Assembly: GCA_024181965.1 (NCBI GenBank)
Contig: BQXS01012745.1
Coordinates: 1-64,000 of the forward strand
DNA length: 64,000 nt
From: Aduncisulcus paluster
Taxonomy: Eukaryota
Reading direction: 5' to 3'
Part shown: positions 20,457 to 31,982 of the stretch, piece after piece
How the letters are laid out: the number at the start of each line of letters is the position of its first letter
Numbering within the stretch: the stretch's first letter is position 1
Notes under the pieces: model-generated
Seen by the model: only the letters and a program-made list of their open reading frames with translations
Databases searched by the model: none
Told to the model about the DNA's origin: nothing
Program-made: the position numbers and the translations under genes

Positions 20457-23400
20457 ATGGATTCTATTCCGAAAAATGACACTTTTATTGTCATTTTAGC
20501 GTCTTGTGAAGAATTCAGCGCCGACCGACATGGATGGTTCGATAGTATTGGCTTTGAAAGCAAATCAATTGTTAAACAATGCATTAATGATATCATATTC
20601 TTCAAATATGGGGGTAAAAGATCCGGAGAGCAAAGTATTGACGAATGGTCTCTCCTCGTCTCCAACAAGTTTGAAACTTATTGTCCAGAACATTCTTTGT
20701 TTAAAATATGGTGTTATGATGGTCATAGTTTAGAATTGGGGAGTTTTCTCTCCTTGCCATCTTTGTCAATTTCCCCGCAGCGCTTAAAAACACTACTGTT
20801 ATTCGAAAATATCAAAACTTTCCCTAAAAAAAATCCAAAAATATGGTATGGGTATAAAAATAGTTCAAAATGCAAAGAAGTTCAACGTTTTTTATCAGAA
20901 CCATTGAAATGTACTGCAAACAGTTTTGACTACAGAATGTGCAGATCTGGGCCAAAAAATGATTTTTCTGAGTTCAAATCTATTATCAAACAATTTAAAT
21001 GTCAAGCAAAGGAGGGGATAGAGAAAGGAGAGCAATATTTGGTTGCTTTTCGAGGAGATTCTCTCGTCCAATGTGCTCGTGCCATCTCAACCATATTTGC
21101 TGGTGTAAACCTGATTTCTATCCCATCTGAAGAAATCCATGAAGAAGAAGAAGAATTTGAAGACGTTTCGTCCGATTCTTCTGACCCTCGAGATTGTATG
21201 ATCAGACACAAGAAGCCAACGCAGGAGATTTCTCATTTTCCCTCAGTTTCTGTATCCCATGATCGTGGAAGAAATCGTCATAAAAAACCCGTCTTCTCAT
21301 TTTCTGAACTTGATGAATCAAAACATTTTGTCACAGAAGAAGAACTCAGCGAGCTGGAGTCAGATATTGACTGTAAAACGAAAACATCCAAATATCATCT
21401 CGAAAATTGGTCAGAATTCGATCTCAAAGATTTTTATGAATTAGGGTCTAATCAAGTTGCTAATTCTCTAAAAAAATTCCTCTATAATATGGATAAGTTC
21501 GACCCGGATCTTGCAGAAATCGAAAAAAACAAAATTGGAAATGGAATGGCCACATTCACTCTTCGAACCTCCAATAAGTGGAATCTTGAGAAAATTATGC
21601 GTGAAAATCTTTATCTTGTTCGGATTTCCTTTGATCAGTGTGTTAAACTTGCACCGATGCTTTCTTTGTTACTCAATCATAAGAAGAAACTTGATCCCGA
21701 TAGAGTCCCAAGAAAGGCTAAACGTCCTTCAAAATCAAAGAAAGATAGGAAAAGAAGAAAAAATCATGGAATTTATGAGGGAGAAAAAGAATGTTTAGAG
21801 AAGGAATATTCTAATGATTATGGAAGAGAGATGTACTATTCTACTCATGATTCGACCAATTTTGATAAGGAATCCTGTATAAATTGGGCAGTGAAGAGTT
21901 TGAAATTGTATATTACTTCGATTATACAATGTTTAGTTGAAAATTATTCGGATATCTTTGGAGTGTCAAAAAGACGCCATATTTCCATTATCCGAAATCC
22001 CAAGAAATATTTTGGATATTTCGTTGATCATCATTCGATTGAGATTCATAATGGGGATCCTTGTATCTTCATATTCGCCTGGGGTCTCTCCTCGAAACAT
22101 AAAACAATTTTCAGGGATGCTTTTTTGAAAAGAACCATTGTATACCGAAGAGAATGCTCTCCAGCTATTATTGATTTCTTGGAACATTGTGATAGTGATT
22201 CTTCAAGCAAGGTTGCAAAACCTGGGACCACTTTTTGTTCTAAACGAAATGCTTTATCCCCTGCTCTTCTCCATATCATGAAGAAATCTAATTATTGTAT
22301 TCATCTTCCTTCACACATTGCTGCTTCAAATTTCAACAAAGCATCCAATTCCCATGAGCTCAAAAAGGAACCTTTGAAAGATACCACTATCATCTTTATT
22401 ACTCATGAACAGAATCCTATATCTGTTGATCATTTGCTAAGTACGTTCAAAATCCATTCCCAAGAATTTCTGTGCAGATATCTTGAACGTCTTCCTGTTG
22501 TCCTCAGGCGGGATAGTATTCTTAAACCCCTTCAACTTAACCATATCGCTGTGGTTTCTGCAGAGACTGGCAGTGGAAAGACAGTTGGTATCCCATTAAT
22601 ATTAGCTCTCAAAATGATGAGTGAAAGTAACATCTCTCCGATTCAAGCATCAAGCCCACTTTTTCAAGGTTCAATTGGTGCTACACCTATATTTGATAAC
22701 AAATATGGATGTATTTTGGTGAGTCAGCCAAGAGCATTTTCGGCCCGTTTAATTGCTGAATTTGTCCAATCTCTCATTTTCGACACTCATATTAAGGTAG
22801 AATGTTGCTGTGATTACAAATCCCTCATTCAGGCTATCAAACAATCAAAATTAGAGGCGATGAGATATGAATATATAAGGAAACAATATATGAAACCTTC
22901 TTCTCATCCTGAAGAGGCTGTATGTGAAGAATCCTCGGCAGACTTATTGATGTTCCATCCAACCATTATCTACACGACAAATGAAGCAATATTAATGGGA
23001 ATGTCCACATCACAAAGATTCGATTATGTTCGAGCCATTATCCTTGATGAAATTCACGAGCGAACAATAAGAGCCGATTTCCTCCTCGGTATCTTGATAA
23101 ATCAGTTACAAACTACAAGAAAAGATAATCTATTTCTTATCACATGTTCAGCCACTATTCAATCGAATGATATCATTGAAATGATGTTCCAATCTCTCAG
23201 AAATGACTCAACAAAACTTGCTAAAGTGCACAATGATGATTCTGATGATACTGAAGAGTCTGATTATGGATTCTTTTGCTCTGAGATATCTATTCCTGGA
23301 ACTTTATTCCCCGTTGAAACCCGTTCTGTTGTAAAATACGATCCATCCATCTCAGATATCGTTAGAACAACCATTCATTATGCTCTTCAGTTTCTTTTGA

Positions 23401-26400
23401 AACTTTATTCTATCCGAAAAAGGGAGGTTTTACGCAATAGAAAACAGATAATAGGAGGATCTCGTACTCTTATTGACCATTGTGGGAGAAATCCAACCCA
23501 GCCAAAGTCTGATAAGGAATTGGATTCATCAGCTTTGAAAACAATTGGAAAAAACAATGACACCAATTTTGGCGGTCATGTCATGGTTTTTCTTCCATCT
23601 CCCACACACTGTTCCACTGCACAGACCCAATTCTTTCGACTCATGCATGTGGTTGAAGAAGAGGCATTGTATGTTTCTAAGAGTGAGTTAAACCATCCTC
23701 GACAACGATTCTTTGTCATGATGAATCGGTATGCCAACTTAAATGAAATAGAAGCTCTTCAATTACTTAATGCATTCAGAATCGTATATTCACCAATTTA
23801 TGCCACTTCTTCTGCTTTCGAATGGGGGAACATTATTCGTTCTACTCCTGTTTTATCCAACCGTGAGAAGAAATCACTCGATAAATCTTTCTCAAAGAAA
23901 TCAATATCTTCTCATATACCTGATAATGAATCATTTGCCCTTGGACTCGTTCCTCTTTCTATCCATGAGTATTCCCCTCTAAGTGAACACCTATATATTT
24001 GTGAAGATACGGGAGAACACATTAAAGTTATATTCACAACAAATTTTGCAGAGACATCCATCACCGTTGATGGTGTATCTTGTGTGATTGATGGGGGAAT
24101 CATGAGCATTCCACTTTATGATATCATTTCACACACAAATTCACTAATATTTGCTCCTGTTTCGGCTTCTTCAAGAATTCAAAGAAAGGGAAGAGCTGGA
24201 AGAACTTGCAAAGGGGAATGTATCACACTTGAATGGAAAAGACTTGAAACAAAGGGAATATTTGAACAGATTGATGATAAAAAAGAACAATCCTACATGA
24301 TATCTTCCCCACAGATACTAAGACTTGATTTATCAACTCCTATGCTTCAGTTAATGGGAATTGGAATTGATATTAATTCTATTCCACTTCTTACTAAGCC
24401 CAGTGGTGATCAATTGGAGAAAACAGCCTTTGAACTTCAGCGTTTAGGAGCAGTATCAGGCCCAATTAATCTCAAACACCAGGCTTTTCGAGATCTTAAG
24501 TTGACTGAAAATGGAAATACTCTTTCAAAGCTTCCATTGAGTTCTTTTNNNNNNNNNNNNNNNNNNNNGAAAAGACTTGAAACAAAGGGAATATTTGAAC
24601 AGATTGATGATAAAAAAGAACAATCCTACATGATATCTTCCCCACAGATACTAAGACTTGATTTATCAACTCCTATGCTTCAGTTAATGGGAATTGGAAT
24701 TGATATTAATTCTATTCCACTTCTTACTAAGCCCAGTGGTGATCAATTGGAGAAAACAGCCTTTGAACTTCAGCGTTTAGGAGCAGTATCAGGCCCAATT
24801 AATCTCAAACACCAGGCTTTTCGAGATCTTAAGTTGACTGAAAATGGAAATACTCTTTCAAAGCTTCCATTGAGTTCTTTTGTTGGAATGGCCTTTATCA
24901 AAACAAGAGAGTATGTTTTCAGTTCATTTTATGATTCTATTCAATCATTGACACACTTTAAAACGGATCCTTATTGTGGCTTTAATCAAGAGAAATTACA
25001 AAATATCGCCGAATTGTATTTATCTTGTATGTGTGTTTATTTAGAGTGGGGAAATGAGTTATATTCCAGTATTGCAAATACTAAAAACGAAGAAATATTT
25101 CGTGCATATTCGAAGTTTTTAGATAAATCGAGTGATATCGTATCTTTTGTACACATATTCATAACGTGGTTATCTGCTTCATGTTCACCTCAATTCGCAA
25201 CTTCAAATGGACTCAATCAGAATATGTGTGTCGCCGCGAAAGAAACTGTTGAAAACATTCTTCAAGTCTTTTCTAAATCTATTGATCTTCCAATTCAAGG
25301 AGGAGAATATTCCTCATTAATTGCTCAAAATATTGGTTTCCATCTTGTTCAAATCCTGTTGGATTGTCTAGGTGATCAAAAACACTCGCACATTGGGTAT
25401 CTATGTGACATTCGTGATGGATCGAATGGAATTGTTGATCTTTATTATAAAGTTAAGAATTCAGATGACTCATCTTCGATTTACAGATACAATCGGCGTG
25501 GAATGTCTAAATCAGATATTTTGGCAATTCCTTCGAAAGTATTTTTCATGGAAAAAATTATGACTTCATCATATGGTTCAATTTCCAAGAGAACGGATAA
25601 TATGATAAGTATTTGCGCAGGTCTTGACTCAGAAAACCCTTCAAATCTTGTCCGTCTATTTAGTTTAATTTCACACGGTTCAACTGTGTCCATTTCCCGA
25701 TTTGTTCCAAGAATCGGTGTTTTTGAATTAATATCCGACTTTATTCAGCAAATTGACCCGGCTTTTGAGAGTTTTATCTTTTGCAACAGTGATAATGATG
25801 GTGCTGAGTTGGAACCACCAGATGAATTGATGCCAATTCCGGATTTGAAAATCGAAGATGAGAATAATCGAATTAAATTCATTGATTTACATAGTTTAAT
25901 TGCTTATATTTCTCCAAAACAAGAACAAGCAATCAAAACTCATGGATCCCAACTTCTTTCACTTATTAATGCTGCTTGCTCACGAATCATTATTCCAAAC
26001 TCACCACATCGGAACCAGGCCCTTGTAGTTGGGGAAGCCTGTAAAATTCTGCATTTACACTTGTGCAAGGGGGATTATCCACTTGATCATAAGAGAAAGA
26101 GAGCATTTGCTGAGGTTCAAGTTGCTGACATAATCTCTCGTGGAATTACCGATTTCTCTGACTGTGCTTTTGTTGTTGGTGGATGCATGAATGGATCAAT
26201 TCTAAGAAGCGTTGATGCAAAAACCATGGATTCATTAAAAATTAGAGGAATTAAAGAAATAGAAGTCGATTTATTATGTGCAAATTCAAAAAGTGAAGGT
26301 ATGGTGCATCAAATTGGATTTTCTTTGAATTTTTCGTTTAATTATGCTGGAACGAGGAGTTTTATTGTTGAAACAACTTCTGAAAAGGCCGATTTGATTA

Positions 26401-28376
26401 AGAATGAATTGGAAACAATTGGTTTATCTCCAATATGTTTGGAAGGAGATGATTCGATTGATGGTTCTGTCATGTTTAGAGTTAATTCTAATCCAAAGAT
26501 TTCAAGTGCTCTTCAACTATGTAGTATTCTAGAACCGTTATCCTTTGAAACCACTATCAAATCTCAATGCTCAAGGAAATATTTCGAGTACATTCCAGAA
26601 ATTGTTCCATTTAATTCCGATTTTGAAAGATCTGTATCTTTTCTCTGCCATAAACATCTTACCAAGGATGTGAGTATTGTCAATCTTCGGGGTTGTGATA
26701 ACGATTCACATCTTGAGGCATATTGTAACTTCTCTCAGAATGTTGTAACATTTTGCATGGATTCAAAGGGAACCTCAATGTGGATTACTGTTATTGATCC
26801 AAATGTTGGACCTTCACAGCTCGATAAATTCGCAACTGAATTGCAACAACTTATTCAATCCTTCATTGGCTCTTCAAAATGTGGAAATATTCAACGCCTC
26901 CCTTTGTTTTCTTCTGATATATCAATTTCACAACAGAAAATGAAATATCTTCGGCCATTAATTGATAATATGTTATTGAGAATCAAAGATTCAACGATGT
27001 GTACAACATATGAGATTGTTAAGGAAGAAACCATTCGCATTTTTGCCCATGACCCAACAATTTTTAATGAAGTGAAAAAGATGATTGACAAGCGTCTCAC
27101 TCCAGCATTTTCATATCCATTAGATGTTGAATCATGTGCACCACTGATTTGCGTTGCAAGAAACCCATCAACACCTTCAAAAAAATGTAAAGAACTCAAA
27201 CGAATTTTTATTCATGAAGTAGAAAATGATATTATTGAATATCTCAAAAAATTGGAAGAAAAAAGAATAATTGAGACAAAAAGAAAAATTTTAAAACTGC
27301 GACGCGAGTCTAAGACCTCTGATCAACCATCGTCGGATCTTTCCCAAATGAAACAACGACCAATCATCGCTCCTCATATTGTGTTGGAAGGAGATTCGTT
27401 ACATATATATTGTGTTCACAAAGTGGATCAATTCGTGTTTACAAAAGCAGTTAAAAGTGCCTTATCAGCAATTATAGGCGATAAAAAATGGCAATTAAGT
27501 GAAATTAGTAGAAGAGATGCCATTGAGACAGAAAAAATGTGTCGTCAATATTTTTCCTTCAAACGGGAAAGGAGTCATGATAAGTCCGTAAAACTTCCGT
27601 TTCCATCAGAATTCAAGGATGGAGTATCCCAAGTAGCAAAAGGAGTATGGATGATTGTTCCTGGAATGTTTGCTCTGACCATTGCTTGTCCGGCATCTGA
27701 TTCTGCCAAATGTGATGAATTCATCTCAAATCTAACCTATGAAAATGATAAGATCAAGCTTGTTGGGTGCGTTAGCGGATGTGAAGATAGTAATAGATTT
27801 GCTTTATCATGTGGGTGTAAGATTTGTTCAGATTGTACGTATCAAATGCTGAAACACCAAGCTGGTGTTGGTCAAGGTGTTGGATTCAATTTAGCTGATT
27901 CCCTAACTTGTAAGGCTCATGGAAGAATTGCCAGTATTATCGAGCTTGTGAGAGTGTGCCAACTGAATAGTGATATGTCCGGACTATTAGAACTTGCAAG
28001 ATCAAACACTGAAAAAACTCTTCACGAAGGGATTCGAGTGTGTCTTGGAAATGATTGTGGAAGATTCGTATCAAAAGTATTAAAAACTGACCCACAGCGT
28101 TTTATTTCTTGCGTTTCATGTTCTCATACATTCTGTTGTGCTTGCGGCAAAAATCATTCCCCAGATCTCGGTTGTGACGATCTAGGATCAACCAAATTTA
28201 TACAAGCAAACTTTAAACTTTGCAAACATTGCGGAGTATACGTGGAAAAAATATCTGGTTGTAATCGTATTTCATGCCGTTGCGGATGGAGTTTCTGTTT
28301 TGTATGTGGATTTTCTGCGGCCACTTCTCAGGAAGTATATGCTCATCTCAAAGCAAAACATGGAGGTTATTACTAA
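20457..28376 (+). CDS. DEAH-box RNA helicase fused to a C-terminal RBR (RING-IBR-RING2) module
   Basis: AETGSGKT, SQPR, DEIHER, SAT, TNFAETSITVDG and QRKGRAGR motifs. C-terminal CGCKICSDC, CVSCSHTFCCACGKNH and CKHCGVYVEKISGCNRISCRCGWSFCFVC. About 111 codons at 24236-24881 are a gap-duplication artefact. Confidence 0.88.
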   Translation: MDSIPKNDTFIVILASCEEFSADRHGWFDSIGFESKSIVKQCINDIIFFKYGGKRSGEQSIDEWSLLVSNKFETYCPEHSLFKIWCYDGHSLELGSFLSLPSLSISPQRLKTLLLFENIKTFPKKNPKIWYGYKNSSKCKEVQRFLSEPLKCTANSFDYRMCRSGPKNDFSEFKSIIKQFKCQAKEGIEKGEQYLVAFRGDSLVQCARAISTIFAGVNLISIPSEEIHEEEEEFEDVSSDSSDPRDCMIRHKKPTQEISHFPSVSVSHDRGRNRHKKPVFSFSELDESKHFVTEEELSELESDIDCKTKTSKYHLENWSEFDLKDFYELGSNQVANSLKKFLYNMDKFDPDLAEIEKNKIGNGMATFTLRTSNKWNLEKIMRENLYLVRISFDQCVKLAPMLSLLLNHKKKLDPDRVPRKAKRPSKSKKDRKRRKNHGIYEGEKECLEKEYSNDYGREMYYSTHDSTNFDKESCINWAVKSLKLYITSIIQCLVENYSDIFGVSKRRHISIIRNPKKYFGYFVDHHSIEIHNGDPCIFIFAWGLSSKHKTIFRDAFLKRTIVYRRECSPAIIDFLEHCDSDSSSKVAKPGTTFCSKRNALSPALLHIMKKSNYCIHLPSHIAASNFNKASNSHELKKEPLKDTTIIFITHEQNPISVDHLLSTFKIHSQEFLCRYLERLPVVLRRDSILKPLQLNHIAVVSAETGSGKTVGIPLILALKMMSESNISPIQASSPLFQGSIGATPIFDNKYGCILVSQPRAFSARLIAEFVQSLIFDTHIKVECCCDYKSLIQAIKQSKLEAMRYEYIRKQYMKPSSHPEEAVCEESSADLLMFHPTIIYTTNEAILMGMSTSQRFDYVRAIILDEIHERTIRADFLLGILINQLQTTRKDNLFLITCSATIQSNDIIEMMFQSLRNDSTKLAKVHNDDSDDTEESDYGFFCSEISIPGTLFPVETRSVVKYDPSISDIVRTTIHYALQFLLKLYSIRKREVLRNRKQIIGGSRTLIDHCGRNPTQPKSDKELDSSALKTIGKNNDTNFGGHVMVFLPSPTHCSTAQTQFFRLMHVVEEEALYVSKSELNHPRQRFFVMMNRYANLNEIEALQLLNAFRIVYSPIYATSSAFEWGNIIRSTPVLSNREKKSLDKSFSKKSISSHIPDNESFALGLVPLSIHEYSPLSEHLYICEDTGEHIKVIFTTNFAETSITVDGVSCVIDGGIMSIPLYDIISHTNSLIFAPVSASSRIQRKGRAGRTCKGECITLEWKRLETKGIFEQIDDKKEQSYMISSPQILRLDLSTPMLQLMGIGIDINSIPLLTKPSGDQLEKTAFELQRLGAVSGPINLKHQAFRDLKLTENGNTLSKLPLSSFXXXXXXXKRLETKGIFEQIDDKKEQSYMISSPQILRLDLSTPMLQLMGIGIDINSIPLLTKPSGDQLEKTAFELQRLGAVSGPINLKHQAFRDLKLTENGNTLSKLPLSSFVGMAFIKTREYVFSSFYDSIQSLTHFKTDPYCGFNQEKLQNIAELYLSCMCVYLEWGNELYSSIANTKNEEIFRAYSKFLDKSSDIVSFVHIFITWLSASCSPQFATSNGLNQNMCVAAKETVENILQVFSKSIDLPIQGGEYSSLIAQNIGFHLVQILLDCLGDQKHSHIGYLCDIRDGSNGIVDLYYKVKNSDDSSSIYRYNRRGMSKSDILAIPSKVFFMEKIMTSSYGSISKRTDNMISICAGLDSENPSNLVRLFSLISHGSTVSISRFVPRIGVFELISDFIQQIDPAFESFIFCNSDNDGAELEPPDELMPIPDLKIEDENNRIKFIDLHSLIAYISPKQEQAIKTHGSQLLSLINAACSRIIIPNSPHRNQALVVGEACKILHLHLCKGDYPLDHKRKRAFAEVQVADIISRGITDFSDCAFVVGGCMNGSILRSVDAKTMDSLKIRGIKEIEVDLLCANSKSEGMVHQIGFSLNFSFNYAGTRSFIVETTSEKADLIKNELETIGLSPICLEGDDSIDGSVMFRVNSNPKISSALQLCSILEPLSFETTIKSQCSRKYFEYIPEIVPFNSDFERSVSFLCHKHLTKDVSIVNLRGCDNDSHLEAYCNFSQNVVTFCMDSKGTSMWITVIDPNVGPSQLDKFATELQQLIQSFIGSSKCGNIQRLPLFSSDISISQQKMKYLRPLIDNMLLRIKDSTMCTTYEIVKEETIRIFAHDPTIFNEVKKMIDKRLTPAFSYPLDVESCAPLICVARNPSTPSKKCKELKRIFIHEVENDIIEYLKKLEEKRIIETKRKILKLRRESKTSDQPSSDLSQMKQRPIIAPHIVLEGDSLHIYCVHKVDQFVFTKAVKSALSAIIGDKKWQLSEISRRDAIETEKMCRQYFSFKRERSHDKSVKLPFPSEFKDGVSQVAKGVWMIVPGMFALTIACPASDSAKCDEFISNLTYENDKIKLVGCVSGCEDSNRFALSCGCKICSDCTYQMLKHQAGVGQGVGFNLADSLTCKAHGRIASIIELVRVCQLNSDMSGLLELARSNTEKTLHEGIRVCLGNDCGRFVSKVLKTDPQRFISCVSCSHTFCCACGKNHSPDLGCDDLGSTKFIQANFKLCKHCGVYVEKISGCNRISCRCGWSFCFVCGFSAATSQEVYAHLKAKHGGYY
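24236..24881. repeat. Assembly gap (N 24549-24568) with duplicated flanks
   Basis: 24236-24548 equals 24569-24881. Confidence 0.92.
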
Positions 28377-28551
28377 GTTACTAATTCCCTCAAAAAGAGG
28401 AATATGGCGTACATATTTATTCAATTCTCTGACATTACGATTTAAAGCCTCATTGGATGAGTTATCGAGGCGAGCACGATATTTTACATTCTAAAGATTG
28501 GAGAAATAAACGATATTTTAGATCTAAGATTCAAAGAAAAACGAATAATAA

Positions 28552-31500
28552 TTATTTCTTTGAAGGCTTTGGTTTGGGCTTGGAACCTTTAGTAGGAGGC
28601 TTTTTAGCTTCAGAAGTTGGTTTTTCTTGAACCACAGCAGTTTCCGAGGTTTCGATTCTCTTACGAATCCTCTTCTTTCTCTTATGTTTATGTTTATGCT
28701 CCTCTTTCTCCTCTTCTTCCTCTTCCTCTTCTTCTTTACCACCAATTGTTTCCTCTTTTCCTTCCTCTTCACCTTCCTGATTCTCCCCATTATGTTCCTC
28801 TTCCTCTTCCTCAGCCTGTTCTTCCTCTTTCTTCTTCCTTTCTTCCTCTTCTTTCTTCTTCTTTTCCTCTTCCTCTTTCTTCTTCTTGTCCTCAGCCTCA
28901 AGCGCCTCTTTGGCCATGGAAACAAGGAGTTCAGACTTTTGCTTCCTTTCCTCATTGAGTTGAGAGATTTCCTCAAGTTCTTTAGAGAGTCTTTCAGAAA
29001 TTTCTTCACGAGCCTTGACTTTTTCTTGCCAATCCCTAAAAATAGAATATATATTTTTAGAAGCATTTATCATGATTTATAATACATACAAAACAATAAA
29101 ACAACAAAATAGAGTATAAATAAATAAATAAATAAATATCAAAATATGAATGATTATTGATCGAGTCTCAAATCTGATTGAAATAAATCGACATACGTAT
29201 GAATAGAGAGGAATATCCGGCGATTTGTAACACCACATAATGGTCACAAACATCACATGGCACCGATTTCACCGGCAAAAGAGAAGTCATTCTCTTCGCA
29301 TTATTAGCACGAATACACGCTGTTTGTTGTTATTATTCATATATACATCCATTATCAACCATATTCAGCCCATTTCAATCACAGACCAACCATTCAAACC
29401 ATTCAAATAAACAATATTAAAAATTAAAACATACTCGTCCCATTTCCCACTCTTCGCATAGTTAATAAATTCACCCAACTCAGTCAATTCTACTTGAACT
29501 TCCTCGAGTTTCTCTTCTTCTTGTTCCTTCTTTTGCTCAGCTTGCTTAAGCTGAGTGTTCAGTTTAACCTGAAGCTCCCGAAGAGCTTTCTTACGTTCTG
29601 TTACCATTTTCTTTGAAGAAGTCCTTGCCTGTGTGTGTTCAGCAAGCATTTGAGTCAATCTTTGAGTAGATCCTTTGATGCGTTCTACTTGTTTGTCATA
29701 TATATTTTCCATTCTTGAGAGCATCGTTTCACATGAACGTACAAGGACATCATGCGTACACACCTTATTCTTCATCTCCCCAAGGGTTCTTCCAATTCGT
29801 TTTAATCGCAATAACTCCATCATTAGCCGTTTAGGCTCCTCAAGACTGAAAATATGTTTGTTCTTCTCAGTCATCTTGTGCACATGCGTCATCGTGGCAT
29901 GTGATAGAGAATTACCGACCAATTCAACCGTTGTAATTGAGGAGGACACACAGAAACACCGGCATCCCAGATCACCAATGGATCCTGTTAAGAAATTGTT
30001 ACACATCTTGACAGAACGAAGATTGGGCAGCATTCCAAGTGCCAAGAGAAACAGAAACCCACTCATTCCGCCGATATGACATACATTGGCTCTGATATGT
30101 GTTAGAGAAGAAGCGTGGTGATCGTACATGGCAGTGCGTTCTGCGAATACAGAGAGAATGAAGGAGATAGAAGAAGAAGCGAAGACATTCAGCGATATCT
30201 TCATAAGTTCGGGAGAGAACATGAGCTCATCGTGACGATCTTTCAACGTAATCTCATCCTCAATAATTGTCCCGGCATCAGGATCATCATCTTCCAAGAT
30301 ATCATCCTCGGGGAAGTATGAATCTTCTTCCTCTTCCTCATATTCCTCCTCTTCTTCATCCCTCTCCTTGTCTGGATCATGAACAGTAAGAGTCGTATCT
30401 CCAGGAGAGGTTGAGATTAATGTCGGTGAGTTCACAGGTTCACCCTCGGAACCACTCGTTGACGAAGGAGAAGAACGAATCTCATCCATTTTGGACTCAT
30501 AATCCTTGAGTTTTCTCGCAGTTACAGCTCTAATCACATCCTTAATATCCTCCACAACTTTGGAGGCGGACTTTCCATCCTCTTTCAGAACAGAGGCAGC
30601 ACACCTCGATATATGACACATCAGAGAACGTAAACAAGGTCTCAGAAGAGCTTTTCCAATACTCCAAGCACCCTTTCCAATGGGATTTCCACTGATATTA
30701 ATGGATGATAGAGACGTTCTCCGTAATAATCTGGCAATATATTCAGCCCCTTTGGCAGTAATTCTATTGTTAGAAATATCTAAATGCTTAATACCATGAT
30801 ATGGGCGCCCATCTCCATCATAATGACCAGTGCTATCCATACTGGCGACGATCAGAGCTTCACAGAGCACACGACATCCTTTGTCACAAATATAACACTC
30901 GGAGAGATTCAATGATGTCAATGAACGGTTGGACATAATTGCTTTGGCAAGGGCATTGGCTCCATTGGCTCCAAGTTTGTTCTTAGAGAGACTAAAAACT
31001 TTGAGACCTCCTTCTCCAGGAGAAAGAGCACATGAAGCGAGAGAATATATTCCACGAGCAGTGATTCCATTTTCAGAAAGATCAAGAACCCGCAAAGTAC
31101 GATTCTGAGCGAGTCCACCAGCAAGAATTTCAGTTCCAACATTACCAATGCTATTAGCAGCAAGTTTCAATACTTTTAATGTCGTATTTACGTGTAATAA
31201 AGCAGCAAATGATTCACAAGCAACTGTGCCTCCTTCCCCAATGACATTTCGAGAAAGACCCAAGAATTGGAGGGTTCTATTATTCTTTACGGCGGCAGCA
31301 ATAGCTGCACCAGATGGAGCATCAATTGAATTGTCTCTTTGTTGGGGTTTATCAGTTCCAAGATCGATATGTTCAAGCTTACTTGATCCAGCAGCTATTT
31401 CTTCAGCAAGAGCAATGGCTCCTTCTGGACCAATATCATTACAAGCTGCATCAATTCTTACAAGCTTTGGGGTTGTTTTTGCAAGCTGCAATAAACCCAT

Positions 31501-31776
31501 AAACCCAATGTCACCAATAAGATTGTTTGTAATATCAATTCGAGTTATGGGAAAGCCTTCTAACCTTTTTGCCAATGTAACAGCTGCCGAAACTCCAATT
31601 CTACACTTTTGAAGAGACAGAAACTGAGAATTCGCATCATATTTCACTAATTGCATAAATTGTTCGAGTCCAGCAGCCGTAGGCCGTTCTCCACTTTCTT
31701 TGCATACCTTTAAATAAATATCTTGTATTAATTCTTTGTTTAACATTGCAAAGAGTGTCAAATTACTTGGAAACAT
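28552..31776 (-). CDS. Ribonuclease-inhibitor-type LRR protein with C-terminal coiled coil and acidic tail (941 aa); exons 31776-29435 and 29035-28552
   Basis: Repeats of LxxLxLSxNxIGxxG. The donor GTATGT at 29434 and the acceptor TTTAG ending at 29036 join in frame (KWDE-DWQEKVK), merging two ORF-track entries. Confidence 0.8.
29036..29434 (-). other. Long spliceosomal intron (399 nt) containing an internal splice-site-flanked structured element
   Basis: GTATGT...TTTAG with in-frame joining; about 3-5 times longer than the other introns in the window. Confidence 0.75.
29197..29319 (-). ncRNA. Candidate structured intronic RNA / poison cassette exon
   Basis: GC-richer island with three hairpins containing G-U pairs on the minus strand, flanked by CAG and GTATGT. 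Confidence 0.45.
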
Positions 31777-31982
31777 CCTCCTGAAAAATAAAACAGTTTG
31801 AATCGTGATTAATTAAATATATGAAATAGTTAGTGCCGAATATTTGAGAATATTTGATTTATTTCGCAGATAACATTGCGAACAAGCTGTTAAACTGTAA
31901 AGAGGCCATACATCAAAAATTCAGAACGAAAGGTTAAAATAAATGACATATTAGTTTGATTAATGCATATAACAATCAAAAT

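Noticed and set aside
28524-29082. Poly-Lys/Arg and poly-Phe/Leu ORFs
   Set aside because: Alternate frames of the GAA/GAG-rich last exon of the LRR gene.
29197-29319. TPP, cobalamin, FMN or SAM riboswitch identity for the intronic element
   Set aside because: Only a CCGGTGAAAT T-loop-like fragment matches. The diagnostic cores (CTGAGA, GGGAA/GCCACTG, AGTC..GATG) are absent.
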